IMG/VR virus record: IMGVR_UViG_3300031760_000005
Location: 93,696 to 157,695 of that record
Length of the DNA: 64,000 bases
DNA from: a virus
Lineage: Duplodnaviria; Caudoviricetes
Strand: one strand, 5' to 3'
This document shows positions 43,238 through 52,811 of this stretch, piece by piece. The notes under the pieces are model-generated. The model searched no databases and was not told the origin of the DNA. It saw only the letters and a program-made list of their open reading frames with translations. A program made the position numbers and the translations under genes. Within the stretch, counting starts at the first letter, position 1; each line of letters starts with the position of its first letter.

Positions 43238-44027
43238 TATCTTGATTAATATTATATTTTTGAGTATCAGTTATTACTTGTTCATTATCATTATCTTTAA
43301 CAACGTTAAAATTACCTGAAAATTCAGCAATGATTTTATCTGTACTTATTTCAGAACGTGTATTAATTATTGGATAATTTGAACATACAGTAACACTTAA
43401 ATTTATACGTCTATTTTTATCTTCAGGAGAACTCATATCAATTTTATTATATTCAATTTTAGTACTATCTGGAGAAAATTCTATTGAACAACGTATAATT
43501 TGTCCTAAATAAGTTATATTAAAATATTTTTGAAATATGATTTTATCTAATATCTCTTGTAGTAATACAATTGATTCATTATAATTAGATAAAACATATT
43601 CTAATGATAATGACATTTCTATTGGGAGACGTCTAATTTCTGCATTATAACCTCTTATAAAATTTCCATCTCTTCTCTCATATGAACCTCTTGCAAAAGG
43701 ATTAGTTAATTCTTCTTTAGGTATAGAAATACCTTCAATATTTATTACACATCTTGGTAAATGCATATACATTTGATCTTCTCCTGTTGTTTCATTCCAA
43801 GAAAATTCATATCCATTAGATTCTACAAACATAATAGATGAACCAGTATTAAATATAAAATGATTAATTGGTTTTCCATACATAATAATATTTCTGTTTA
43901 ACCAATTTATGACACCTTTCATAAGAACACTGAAAAATCGTTCATCCCTATTATATAGATCATCAAATTTTTCCATATCCCATGGACGAATCCATGGATT
44001 TACTTCTTTATTAACAATATTATTCAT
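43230..44027 (-). CDS. gp15-like tail terminator/sheath stabiliser
   Basis: DERFFS....V, LPRCVI....I, RRLPI.M...L, E.L pattern; structural context. Confidence 0.55.
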   Translation of the reverse strand: MNNIVNKEVNPWIRPWDMEKFDDLYNRDERFFSVLMKGVINWLNRNIIMYGKPINHFIFNTGSSIMFVESNGYEFSWNETTGEDQMYMHLPRCVINIEGISIPKEELTNPFARGSYERRDGNFIRGYNAEIRRLPIEMSLSLEYVLSNYNESIVLLQEILDKIIFQKYFNITYLGQIIRCSIEFSPDSTKIEYNKIDMSSPEDKNRRINLSVTVCSNYPIINTRSEISTDKIIAEFSGNFNVVKDNDNEQVITDTQKYNINQDNG

Positions 44028-44114
44028 ATATTGTGCATAAATTTATTCTTTAATAAAAATAAGCTAAAAAATTGTTTTATTTATTTCTATTTTAAAAAAA
44101 AATACGTATTTATT

Positions 44115-44492
44115 ATGAAAGTTGTTAATATAACTGATATTGAAGATCTTATTTTATGTAAACATGATATAGATTTAACTTTAATTGAACATGGTGATAT
44201 TGAAGAAAAAATGACTATACCAGAATTTATGAATAAATATGTTAATTTAAATAATATAACATATATTGAAAATAATAATTTATTTTCTTTTTCTATAATT
44301 AATGTTTATGATAAAGAATATTTATTAGTAACAGAAGTTAATAATGAATATATAAATAAAATAAAAAAAATTATTGCTTCTATTGATGGTGATTTTTCTA
44401 AACTTAAACAATTAAAAAATATTGAAATAACAGAAGATAATTGGCAAAGTATGTTATTGTATAATGGAAAATATTATCAAGTTAAAGTGTAA
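44115..44492 (+). CDS. hypothetical protein (start reassigned to MKVVN)
   Basis: ATG at 44115 with AT-rich leader; the upstream extension in the ORF track overlaps promoter-like DNA. Confidence 0.6.
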   Translation: MKVVNITDIEDLILCKHDIDLTLIEHGDIEEKMTIPEFMNKYVNLNNITYIENNNLFSFSIINVYDKEYLLVTEVNNEYINKIKKIIASIDGDFSKLKQLKNIEITEDNWQSMLLYNGKYYQVKV

Positions 44493-44573
44493 GATTTAGC
44501 CCGAGATGCCCTCTTTTTCATTATATAATGAGATATATTAAAAATGATTTTCGAGGCATCTCGGGCTAAATCT
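44492..44573. repeat. GC-rich perfect 19-bp inverted repeat with 44-nt spacer
   Basis: AGATTTAGCCCGAGATGCC (44492-44510) / GGCATCTCGGGCTAAATCT (44555-44573). Confidence 0.9.
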
Positions 44574-44604
44574 GGCGGTATTCTATATATATTCTAGAAT
44601 TTAA

Positions 44605-44997
44605 TTACTCTTCTTCTTTTTTCTCTTTATTTTTTTCATCATCATTTTGCTCTTCTGGTTCACTAAATTCATCAATAGTATTATTAAATTTAGCTACTGT
44701 TTCTGCAAATTTCTTTGTCTTTTGAGCATATTGTTCATCAGATGAATTTTTAGTAGATTTTCTTAAAGTATATGCATATTGTTGAAGAATATCTTGTACA
44801 GAAGAAAGTTTATCAAAATTATCTGATGTTACATTTACTGTAAGTTTATTATCATCAACAGTGCAATATTCCATTTCTTCGAAAGATTTTAAAGTATCTT
44901 CTGCATTTTCTAAATCAGTAAAATTAAATGTTATTGATTTAAAATCTTCAGATTCATTAATAATTGATTCATTTATAAAATCTTGTAATCTTTTCAT
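44605..44997 (-). CDS. acidic hypothetical protein, doubled CTS-like site
   Basis: MKRLQDFINESIINES. Confidence 0.75.
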   Translation of the reverse strand: MKRLQDFINESIINESEDFKSITFNFTDLENAEDTLKSFEEMEYCTVDDNKLTVNVTSDNFDKLSSVQDILQQYAYTLRKSTKNSSDEQYAQKTKKFAETVAKFNNTIDEFSEPEEQNDDEKNKEKKEEE

Positions 44998-45020
44998 AGT
45001 TATTATATAATTATTTTATT

Positions 45021-45269
45021 TTACCACATGGCTTTATCATATAATCTCATAAATGCATCTTCGGTAAATTCTTTAGAATCCCAGTTATCTTGTAAATCGA
45101 TAAATGCTTTGAGACGTTCCCAATCTTTCTTTTTACCTTTTGTTATGTCATTATGCATAAATTTAAGCCAACCAACTAATATTGTCATTTCATCTTCTTT
45201 AAGATTTTCAATATTATATTTATTACCTACTTGAGTTGACTCATTTAATATTTCATTTAATGTTTTCAT
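45021..45269 (-). CDS. hypothetical protein, CTS-like N-terminus
   Basis: MKTLNEILNES. Confidence 0.7.
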   Translation of the reverse strand: MKTLNEILNESTQVGNKYNIENLKEDEMTILVGWLKFMHNDITKGKKKDWERLKAFIDLQDNWDSKEFTEDAFMRLYDKAMW

Positions 45270-45285
45270 TATAATTATTTTATTT

Positions 45286-45729
45286 TTATTTTAAATCCTC
45301 TAAATCCCAATCTGAATAGTATTTAAGTACACCATCTTGTATTTCTTGTACTTGACTAAATAATTCTTTAAATCTTTTTTTATCAGTTTCTTCAAAATCT
45401 TTAATATCTTTTTCTAAAAATGCTCCACTTTCAGCAAGACAAATACTATTTCTTTTTCCTCCTTTACCACGCAATATATGATCATATGTATATTTCATGT
45501 TTTCATATGCTTCAGGATATTTTTTGAGAATTTCTGTCATTTCACTTTGTATTGCATCAAGTTTTTTAGAATCCTTTTTAGCAACACCATTTAATATTTT
45601 AACACTTAATCCATTTAATAATGCTTTTAACATTTTATACCCAATAATTCCTGCAATAACTGCTGCGGCACCACCAAGAACGGATTCATTAATTGTTGAT
45701 TCATCAATTTTTTGTTGTAAACTTTTCAT
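45286..45729 (-). CDS. hypothetical protein, doubled CTS-like site followed by hydrophobic helix
   Basis: MKSLQQKIDESTINES|VLGGAAAVIAGIIGY. Confidence 0.75.
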   Translation of the reverse strand: MKSLQQKIDESTINESVLGGAAAVIAGIIGYKMLKALLNGLSVKILNGVAKKDSKKLDAIQSEMTEILKKYPEAYENMKYTYDHILRGKGGKRNSICLAESGAFLEKDIKDFEETDKKRFKELFSQVQEIQDGVLKYYSDWDLEDLK

Positions 45730-45757
45730 ATCTTTATATAATTATTTTATTTTTATT

Positions 45758-46324
45758 TTATTTACTTCCTTTAATATAATTTCCAGATACTTTTAAATTT
45801 TTAAATTGTCTTACAACTATATCTTTAATTATTATATTATTTTTTCCAATACCTGTCTGAACAAGTATTAAACAAGCATCTGGGCCAATTTGTTTTTGTT
45901 TATTAGTTAAATATATACCTTCATTATTTAATTTATGATAACATTTAATTTCAAAACATAAATCACCTAAATCTAAATCATATGATTTATATGATCCATT
46001 ATCTATATCATCATGGGTTATCATTTTTTCAAATTCACTACCAAAATAATCTTCAGAATTTACTTCTTTATTTAACAAATAAATTAAATATTTTTCAATT
46101 AATATTCCTGCAGCAGAATATAACTCATATATTTCATTATTATCTTCTTCAGAATTTGTTAAAAAATTAATATCTGTTCCATCAACATTAACTGTTAAAG
46201 TATTATTTGAAGATATAAGTTCTGCTAATTTATTTGTTAATTGCATTTCTATTTCATTTAGATTATCATGAAAATTATTTTGAAATTTTGATTCAATCAA
46301 TAAACTGTCTTTTAATGTTTTCAT
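45758..46324 (-). CDS. PD-(D/E)XK nuclease-like (DUF3883/NOV-C-like) protein, CTS-like N-terminus
   Basis: G...E...YL, SYDL.....FEIK, IYLTNKQ; MKTLKDSLLIES. Confidence 0.55.
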   Translation of the reverse strand: MKTLKDSLLIESKFQNNFHDNLNEIEMQLTNKLAELISSNNTLTVNVDGTDINFLTNSEEDNNEIYELYSAAGILIEKYLIYLLNKEVNSEDYFGSEFEKMITHDDIDNGSYKSYDLDLGDLCFEIKCYHKLNNEGIYLTNKQKQIGPDACLILVQTGIGKNNIIIKDIVVRQFKNLKVSGNYIKGSK

Positions 46325-46343
46325 ATCTTATTTATAATTTTAT

Positions 46344-46778
46344 TTATGATAATGCCATATAGAATGTATTTTTACGAACTTCACCACCAATTATATAATA
46401 TCTATCAATTGGGTATTTATTTTGTAATTTTTCATAAGCTTCATAACTCATATCGTCATCCACAAATACTATAGAAGCTAATGTACTACCCCATTTTGCT
46501 GATTCATGTTCTTTATCAAATACAACTATAATATTATGTGCATTTTTACTTTCTCCGGATATATCAGTTACTCCTTTTAACAAACCTTTTGGATCAGATT
46601 TATCTGGACAAGTACCCATATTTTTCTTTATTTGTTGTTCTTCATATTTACGATATTCAGCAGCAGTTTTAGAATCAGTTGTTATAAAACCTCCATCCCA
46701 TTTCTTTTCAGGCCAAGGTCCCATATACATTCTAACTATATTTGAACTTTCATTTAAAACTTCACTTAAAGTTTTCAT
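46344..46778 (-). CDS. hypothetical protein, CTS-like N-terminus (start reassigned)
   Basis: MKTLSEVLNES at 46778, immediately after stop of upstream gene. Confidence 0.7.
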   Translation of the reverse strand: MKTLSEVLNESSNIVRMYMGPWPEKKWDGGFITTDSKTAAEYRKYEEQQIKKNMGTCPDKSDPKGLLKGVTDISGESKNAHNIIVVFDKEHESAKWGSTLASIVFVDDDMSYEAYEKLQNKYPIDRYYIIGGEVRKNTFYMALS

Positions 46779-46779
46779 A

Positions 46780-47031
46780 TTAATATTTATTATTTTTATG
46801 TTTATCTTTTCTATTATATTTTGTTTTATCACGGAATGTATGATTATGATTTATTGGTTTTCCGTGAGCTTCTATTTCTTCTTCTCTTGATGCTTTACGA
46901 TTAGCTTTACGTTGCCATTCTGAAGCTTGATCTTTAGATACAGTTATTTTTCCTTTAAACTTTCTTTGACATAATGTTTCTTCAATGTTTTCGTCAAAAT
47001 AATCATCTAAATAATTCAAAAGGTTTTTCAT
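46780..47031 (-). CDS. basic protein, ArfA-like alternative ribosome-rescue factor candidate
   Basis: RKANRKASREEEI..HGK and C-terminal FRDKTKYNRKDKHK resembling ArfA K.SY.RK.KH. Confidence 0.45.
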   Translation of the reverse strand: MKNLLNYLDDYFDENIEETLCQRKFKGKITVSKDQASEWQRKANRKASREEEIEAHGKPINHNHTFRDKTKYNRKDKHKNNKY

Positions 47032-47150
47032 AAAGAGTTATTTAATAATTTTATTAATTTAATAATAATATTTAATCAACTGTCAATATTCTAGAATCAT
47101 AATAAACATCTATATCACAGTCGTAATATCGCATTAGAATTAAAATTATT

Positions 47151-48125
47151 TTAATTAAGTATAATAAATAAATTAGGAAATATTTCTCCAAAATCTTTAC
47201 CGTATACTTTTATTTTATTTGTATTTTCTTCTATTTGGCAATTTTTAATCCAATTAAGTACTTTAATATAATTTTCTACGATTTTTTTATATTGATCATT
47301 TTTATCTATATCTGGACATTTGCAATGCGATGTTGCAGAAATATTTTTTCCAAATGCATCTAACTTTAAAAATGCTTCTAGTAAATCAATAAGATAATCT
47401 ATCATATCACTATTTGGTTCACCATCTTCTATAAAAAAGAAATTATTATAAAAATCAATATCACCAAACATTTGTATCAAATACAAATTTAAAGCATTTT
47501 TATATGAATCTGTACATGATAATACTTTTGTAGTATTATCTCCTGATAATGAATTTTGCGGACAACCACATGTTTTATAATTTGCTGTATTATTATAATT
47601 ATATGTTGAAGTATTTAAAATTAAATTAAGATTATTTAATGTTTCATCATATTGACCATTAGCATAAAACTTTAATACATTTTTATAAATTTGTGTAGAT
47701 AATGATATATCTGTTACAAATGAATAATAATTAATTATTTTAGCAAATGTTTGATATAAATTATTTATATCATCTTCATTTATTTCAGAAGAATTTAAAA
47801 TTTCATTTAATTTACTATAATATGAATAATCAATACTTGCAAGTACATTATAAAATGATATATCTTTAACATCACTTTCTGGATTTATTTTTGGAGACAC
47901 TATTATTCCTTCAATAATTTCACTATTGATTGTGAAATTTTTTACATAATCTTCTAAATTTGTATTATTCAAAAATTCATCAGTTAAATTAACATATATT
48001 CCTTTAAGATAACCGTCATCAGCATATCCACCCAAAATATTAGATATATATGCATAATATAAATTATGTTCAGTTATCTTAACTATTGGTGCCTTAATAT
48101 TTTGAAGAAAATTAAGATTAGTCAT
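47151..48125 (-). CDS. hypothetical protein (likely structural)
   Basis: 324 aa; CGC and HCKC motifs. Confidence 0.7.
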   Translation of the reverse strand: MTNLNFLQNIKAPIVKITEHNLYYAYISNILGGYADDGYLKGIYVNLTDEFLNNTNLEDYVKNFTINSEIIEGIIVSPKINPESDVKDISFYNVLASIDYSYYSKLNEILNSSEINEDDINNLYQTFAKIINYYSFVTDISLSTQIYKNVLKFYANGQYDETLNNLNLILNTSTYNYNNTANYKTCGCPQNSLSGDNTTKVLSCTDSYKNALNLYLIQMFGDIDFYNNFFFIEDGEPNSDMIDYLIDLLEAFLKLDAFGKNISATSHCKCPDIDKNDQYKKIVENYIKVLNWIKNCQIEENTNKIKVYGKDFGEIFPNLFIILN

Positions 48126-48127
48126 TT

Positions 48128-49849
48128 TTATATTTTAATATTTTTTATTGTTAGCGTATTTAAATTTATAAATTTATCTTTTGGAATATAATAATCATAT
48201 GAATAAATATAACCATTATAACTATAACTATATGTATAACTATCTAAATCAACATATTTTTCATTTACAGATATTTTAAAATCTATAAATTTACCTGGTT
48301 CCAATCCATCAATTTTTGACAATTCAATTTTATCATTATTTAACGGTAAATTATAACTTATTAATTTACTAGATATAGTATTTTCATCTTCTTTATCTTT
48401 AAGTTCTAATAATACATTCACATTTTTATTTTTTACAAAATCAGATAAATTAAAATCTATATTCTTATAATATATTATAATATCATCATAATAAATAAAT
48501 TTATATTGTTTATTTGAATATAATAATGATGCCAAATCATATTTAATTTTAGTATTTTTTGTAATAGAAGGTGATTCAACTATACTAAAAACATAAGAAT
48601 ATTTAGGTAATTCATTTTCAAATTTTTTACGTAATCGTAAATCTATTTGTTTATTAGTATTTATTAAATATTGAATTAATTCAGATGAACTATTATAATT
48701 TTGATTACGTTTTATTTTATATAAATTAATATCAAATTTACTCTTATTTAACATTAAATTTTTAGTTAAATATGCTGTTAAATCATTAATATCATTTTTT
48801 GATATTTTATCATAATGTTTTACAATTACGTCAAGAAGATCATTTATATCTTCATCATTAAATTCATGTCTAAAACCATTATCATTACGTATTTTTGTCA
48901 TATTTAAATTTAATTTTGATGCAACAAAATCTACATAATCTCCATTAAATACTTGAGAATATTCATAACTATATGCATATGTATAACTATTATAATTATA
49001 TATTTCATGTTGTTTAATAGCATAATCATATGCGGCTTTTAAATCTTCATCATATTCATATTTTTCATTAATATAACAACGTTTAAAAAAATCATCACTA
49101 CTATTAGAAGAAACACATAAAATTTTAGTTCTAAAATTATCACCAATTTTTTGACGTTTATTTTTAATAGTAAATGATCCAATATATTCAACTTCAAATA
49201 TTTTAGAATAAAATTTATCTAATAATTCTCTAATATTAAGATTAGTTTTAAGTAATTTTGAATATGTTAATATATTTATATTAGCTTCAAAAGGTTCGCT
49301 GAATAATTGATAAGAAGTATTATTAATAACGGTATTTTCTACTGAATTATTTATTAATGATGACTCATAATTATAAATTTCATTATTTAAATTTGTATAA
49401 TAATCATTAAAATTAATAATACTTGGATCCAATTTATAATGACCATCTACAATATATGATAAATTTTGAAATTCATAACTATAAGCATTATATCTAATTA
49501 ATAAATTTGGATCGTACTCTAAATTAACATCTAAATATGCATAAGTATATGAATATGCATATGCATAAGTGTTATCATAACGATTTTTATAATCATCTAA
49601 TATATTTATAATTTCGTTATTGGTTTTTATACAATTATTAATATTTTGTTTTAAGTTTCTATCAATTATGTTATTAATTGTATTGCTAGTTAAACGATTA
49701 TTAGTTATAGTTTTAGGAATAATACTATTTATTGCACCGTCATAATCGGTTACATTAAATGTTAAACCATTTAATGGTTGTTCTATATTATTTTTCTTAT
49801 ATTTAATAACTTGTGATAAAACTTTAACTTTCTTTTCAGATGTTTCCAC
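48128..49849 (-). CDS. Tyr/Asn-rich hypothetical protein
   Basis: 573 aa, GTG start, late motif at 49871; YxYxY tracts. Confidence 0.65.
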   Translation of the reverse strand: METSEKKVKVLSQVIKYKKNNIEQPLNGLTFNVTDYDGAINSIIPKTITNNRLTSNTINNIIDRNLKQNINNCIKTNNEIINILDDYKNRYDNTYAYAYSYTYAYLDVNLEYDPNLLIRYNAYSYEFQNLSYIVDGHYKLDPSIINFNDYYTNLNNEIYNYESSLINNSVENTVINNTSYQLFSEPFEANINILTYSKLLKTNLNIRELLDKFYSKIFEVEYIGSFTIKNKRQKIGDNFRTKILCVSSNSSDDFFKRCYINEKYEYDEDLKAAYDYAIKQHEIYNYNSYTYAYSYEYSQVFNGDYVDFVASKLNLNMTKIRNDNGFRHEFNDEDINDLLDVIVKHYDKISKNDINDLTAYLTKNLMLNKSKFDINLYKIKRNQNYNSSSELIQYLINTNKQIDLRLRKKFENELPKYSYVFSIVESPSITKNTKIKYDLASLLYSNKQYKFIYYDDIIIYYKNIDFNLSDFVKNKNVNVLLELKDKEDENTISSKLISYNLPLNNDKIELSKIDGLEPGKFIDFKISVNEKYVDLDSYTYSYSYNGYIYSYDYYIPKDKFINLNTLTIKNIKI

Positions 49850-49895
49850 TCCAAATAATTATATGTCTTTATTAAAAATAATATTTTGTTTTAAA

Positions 49896-49925
49896 TAAAA
49901 AATGGAGAAGTAAATTACTTCTCCA
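49896..49925 (-). terminator. intrinsic terminator
   Basis: TGGAGAAGTAA/TTACTTCTCCA stem with T tract on minus strand. Confidence 0.7.
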
Positions 49926-49931
49926 ATATGT

Positions 49932-50501
49932 TTAATTCATTTGTATTTTTGTTACTGTAATTCCATTTTTTTGTAAGAAATCTATACCTGTAGTATCTCT
50001 ATATTCTTCTGTATAACATACTCGTTTAATTCCAGATTGAATAATTGTTTTAGAACATTCAAAACATGGACTCAAAGTGACATATAATGTGGCATCATCA
50101 GTAGAACTAATCCATTTTGCGCATTTAGCAATTGCATTTGATTCTGCATGAAGAACCTCTCTTTTTGTGGTTAATTTAAGATAATGACAAGGTAATCCCT
50201 TTTCATCATCAGCATGACCAAGAGGCTTCAAAACATTTGAACAAAATTTAGGATTTAATTGTTCTTTAATAGGTTTTTCTGTAACAGCGCATCCTCTTGA
50301 ATATTTACATGAACAACTAGCATCTTCACAACAGTTATCATATCCTGATGGAGTACCATTAAATCCTTGCGAAATTACTTGCCCATTTTTAGAAACAATA
50401 ATACAACCTACTTTATTTCGAATTGCATAACTCAATTTTGAAATAGCATATGCCATTTCCATATATGCTTTATCATATTGTAATTGACGTTCAGAATTCA
50501 T
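49932..50501 (-). CDS. dCMP deaminase
   Basis: KVGCII, GFNGTPSG, LHAESNAI, LYVTLSPCFECSK; Cys-rich insert. Confidence 0.92.
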   Translation of the reverse strand: MNSERQLQYDKAYMEMAYAISKLSYAIRNKVGCIIVSKNGQVISQGFNGTPSGYDNCCEDASCSCKYSRGCAVTEKPIKEQLNPKFCSNVLKPLGHADDEKGLPCHYLKLTTKREVLHAESNAIAKCAKWISSTDDATLYVTLSPCFECSKTIIQSGIKRVCYTEEYRDTTGIDFLQKNGITVTKIQMN

Positions 50502-50516
50502 ATTTATATTTTTAAT

Positions 50517-51062
50517 TTATCTATATAATCTATTTGGATGAATTGCATTGTTTGCACTAACTGAATTAATTTCTCCTTTTAAATATTTCCAACAATACCA
50601 ATATTTCTTAAGTCTTTGTTGATCTGTTTCGCCAAATGTTTTAAGACGTCTTATATCCATGTTGTCTTCTAGATCATATATTTTAACTAATTTAGCAATA
50701 TCATTTTTTTCTACTCGTTCAATAAAATCAAAATAAAATTTCTCATCATCTCTTCTAGAAATTGCATCTACAGCATTAACAATTTCTTCATCAAAATTAT
50801 ATTTATTACGAAGATCTTCTAAAGTAATATCAGTATCTTCTACAACATCATGAAGTAACGCAACAATATATGCTTTATCATAAAATAATGATAATGTTGA
50901 AGCATTATCATTGCATTTCTCTTCTTTTTCAGCAAATATATTTTCCGCTACTCGTATAGGATGATTAACATACGCGTTACCACCTTTATCAATTTTATCT
51001 TTAAAAACATCATGAATAAGGTCAAACGCTACACGTGTTTGGGTTTTAATATGTACACTCAT
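50517..51062 (-). CDS. HD-domain phosphohydrolase (RelA/SpoT hydrolase-like)
   Basis: DKGG..Y..HP.RVA, ALLHDVVED, VK..DL.DN. Confidence 0.85.
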   Translation of the reverse strand: MSVHIKTQTRVAFDLIHDVFKDKIDKGGNAYVNHPIRVAENIFAEKEEKCNDNASTLSLFYDKAYIVALLHDVVEDTDITLEDLRNKYNFDEEIVNAVDAISRRDDEKFYFDFIERVEKNDIAKLVKIYDLEDNMDIRRLKTFGETDQQRLKKYWYCWKYLKGEINSVSANNAIHPNRLYR

Positions 51063-51126
51063 ATATATAATTTTAAAATTATAATAATATATAGAAAATT
51101 ATTATTATAAATTCAAATGGAGAAAT

Positions 51127-51525
51127 TTATTTTTCTCCATTTGAATTCTTTTTATATATTAATTGTATAATTCCATTATATTTATCTTCTGCTAATTGAA
51201 CTTTAACACCAGTACTTAATATAGCATAATATTCATATAAATATAATGGGGGTTGTTCTCCAACTTGTTCGTATAAATAATCTTTTAATTTTTCACTGTA
51301 TATTGCATATAATGGATTTTCTTTAGCATTATCATCATTTGCCGGATTATACATTACTCCATTACATTCAATAGTTGGAGGATTTTTTATAATTTCATTA
51401 GATATAGATTCTAATCTGGCATTATAATTATCACATCCATTTTTATTTGGAATTATTCTTCGTTCCAAAGAAAATATTGAATCAATATTTACATGATAAT
51501 TTTCATTAATATCAATAAATTTCAT
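51127..51525 (-). CDS. hypothetical protein
   Basis: 132 aa. Confidence 0.7.
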   Translation of the reverse strand: MKFIDINENYHVNIDSIFSLERRIIPNKNGCDNYNARLESISNEIIKNPPTIECNGVMYNPANDDNAKENPLYAIYSEKLKDYLYEQVGEQPPLYLYEYYAILSTGVKVQLAEDKYNGIIQLIYKKNSNGEK

Positions 51526-52688
51526 TACATTATACGTTGAAATTCTTCATTTTGTTTTTTTATTTCAGTTTTTGATTCTGTTTTTGATTCAACTTTTATT
51601 TTATCATTTTCTATTTTTTCAGGATAATTCCAAGTTATATTAATTTCTTTAGCTTTAGTAAATAGTGCATTTATGAAATTTTTATACTTTTCATAATCTT
51701 CACAGATTTCTTCATATTTAGTTGCGCATTCTTTATTAGCTTCTGCTTGTATTTTTAAATCTTCATATGTTTCTTTTAATGTATTATTATCTTCTTTTAA
51801 TGATTTATATTGTGTTTCTAATACATCATATTGTTTACTTACACCAGATAATTTTTCTTTAGCTTCATTTAAATCTTTTTCATATGAAGATAAAACTTTA
51901 TTATATTGTTCTTCTGTTTCTTTGTTTTCTTTCTTTTGCTGGGCATAAGCTTCTCTATATTCTTTATCTGATTTTCTTAATATATCATTATCCGAATTGA
52001 GTTTAGCTTCGGTCATTAATGATTTTTCTAATTCGATTTTTGCGTTGTTATATTTGTTATCAAGTTTTGCAAATTCATCTTGAAGTTCTTTATATTTATT
52101 TTGAAGATTTTCGTAATGATCTTCTAATACATTATAATTTTTTAAATCTTCATCATGTAATTTTTTTAATTCATTATATTCATTATTTTTTGTTTCGATA
52201 TTGCCTAATAATTCACCAATTTGATTTTTTCTTTCCTCATATTTTTTACGAAGCATTTCATAGGCCTGTTCGCTATTTGACAATTTCTTTGAGCACTCAT
52301 CTAATAAACGTTGTGATTCTGACAATTTAATATTTTCTTCTTCAAGTAAAGTTATCTTATTTTCGTATTCAGATATTTGTTTTTGTAAATCTTCTAAATT
52401 ATTTGCGTCATTTTCACTTGAATTTATTTGATCTTTTAATTGTTTATTTTCTGCAAAAACTTCATTATAAGTATCTTGAAGTATTTTGAAAGCTTGATCT
52501 TTTGATTTAATAGTATTTTCATAACTTTCTTGTAATGAATTAAAAGAATCAGCATCATGTTTTAATTCATCATTTTCTTTAGTTAAAGCTTCAATTTGAG
52601 CTTTTTGCTCTCTAAAAAATTTAGCTGCATTATTTAGACGTTCCTGCAACTTAGCATTATCTTGTTGTAATTGTTCAATATTATCCAT
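51525..52688 (-). CDS. long coiled-coil protein
   Basis: Heptad-rich E/K/Q/L composition over ~330 aa. Confidence 0.75.
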   Translation of the reverse strand: MDNIEQLQQDNAKLQERLNNAAKFFREQKAQIEALTKENDELKHDADSFNSLQESYENTIKSKDQAFKILQDTYNEVFAENKQLKDQINSSENDANNLEDLQKQISEYENKITLLEEENIKLSESQRLLDECSKKLSNSEQAYEMLRKKYEERKNQIGELLGNIETKNNEYNELKKLHDEDLKNYNVLEDHYENLQNKYKELQDEFAKLDNKYNNAKIELEKSLMTEAKLNSDNDILRKSDKEYREAYAQQKKENKETEEQYNKVLSSYEKDLNEAKEKLSGVSKQYDVLETQYKSLKEDNNTLKETYEDLKIQAEANKECATKYEEICEDYEKYKNFINALFTKAKEINITWNYPEKIENDKIKVESKTESKTEIKKQNEEFQRIM

Positions 52689-52811
52689 AACAAATAAAAT
52701 GTTTTGTATATAAAATAGAAAAGAGTTGAATAATAATTCAACCCTTAAACATTTTAGTCATATATCTATTTGCTATTTGTGATAATGCTATCAGTATCAA
52801 TTTTAATAATT

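Noticed and set aside
47071-47133. 20-codon ORF MRYYDCDIDVYYDSRILTVD on minus strand
   Set aside because: Too short, with no motif or independent support
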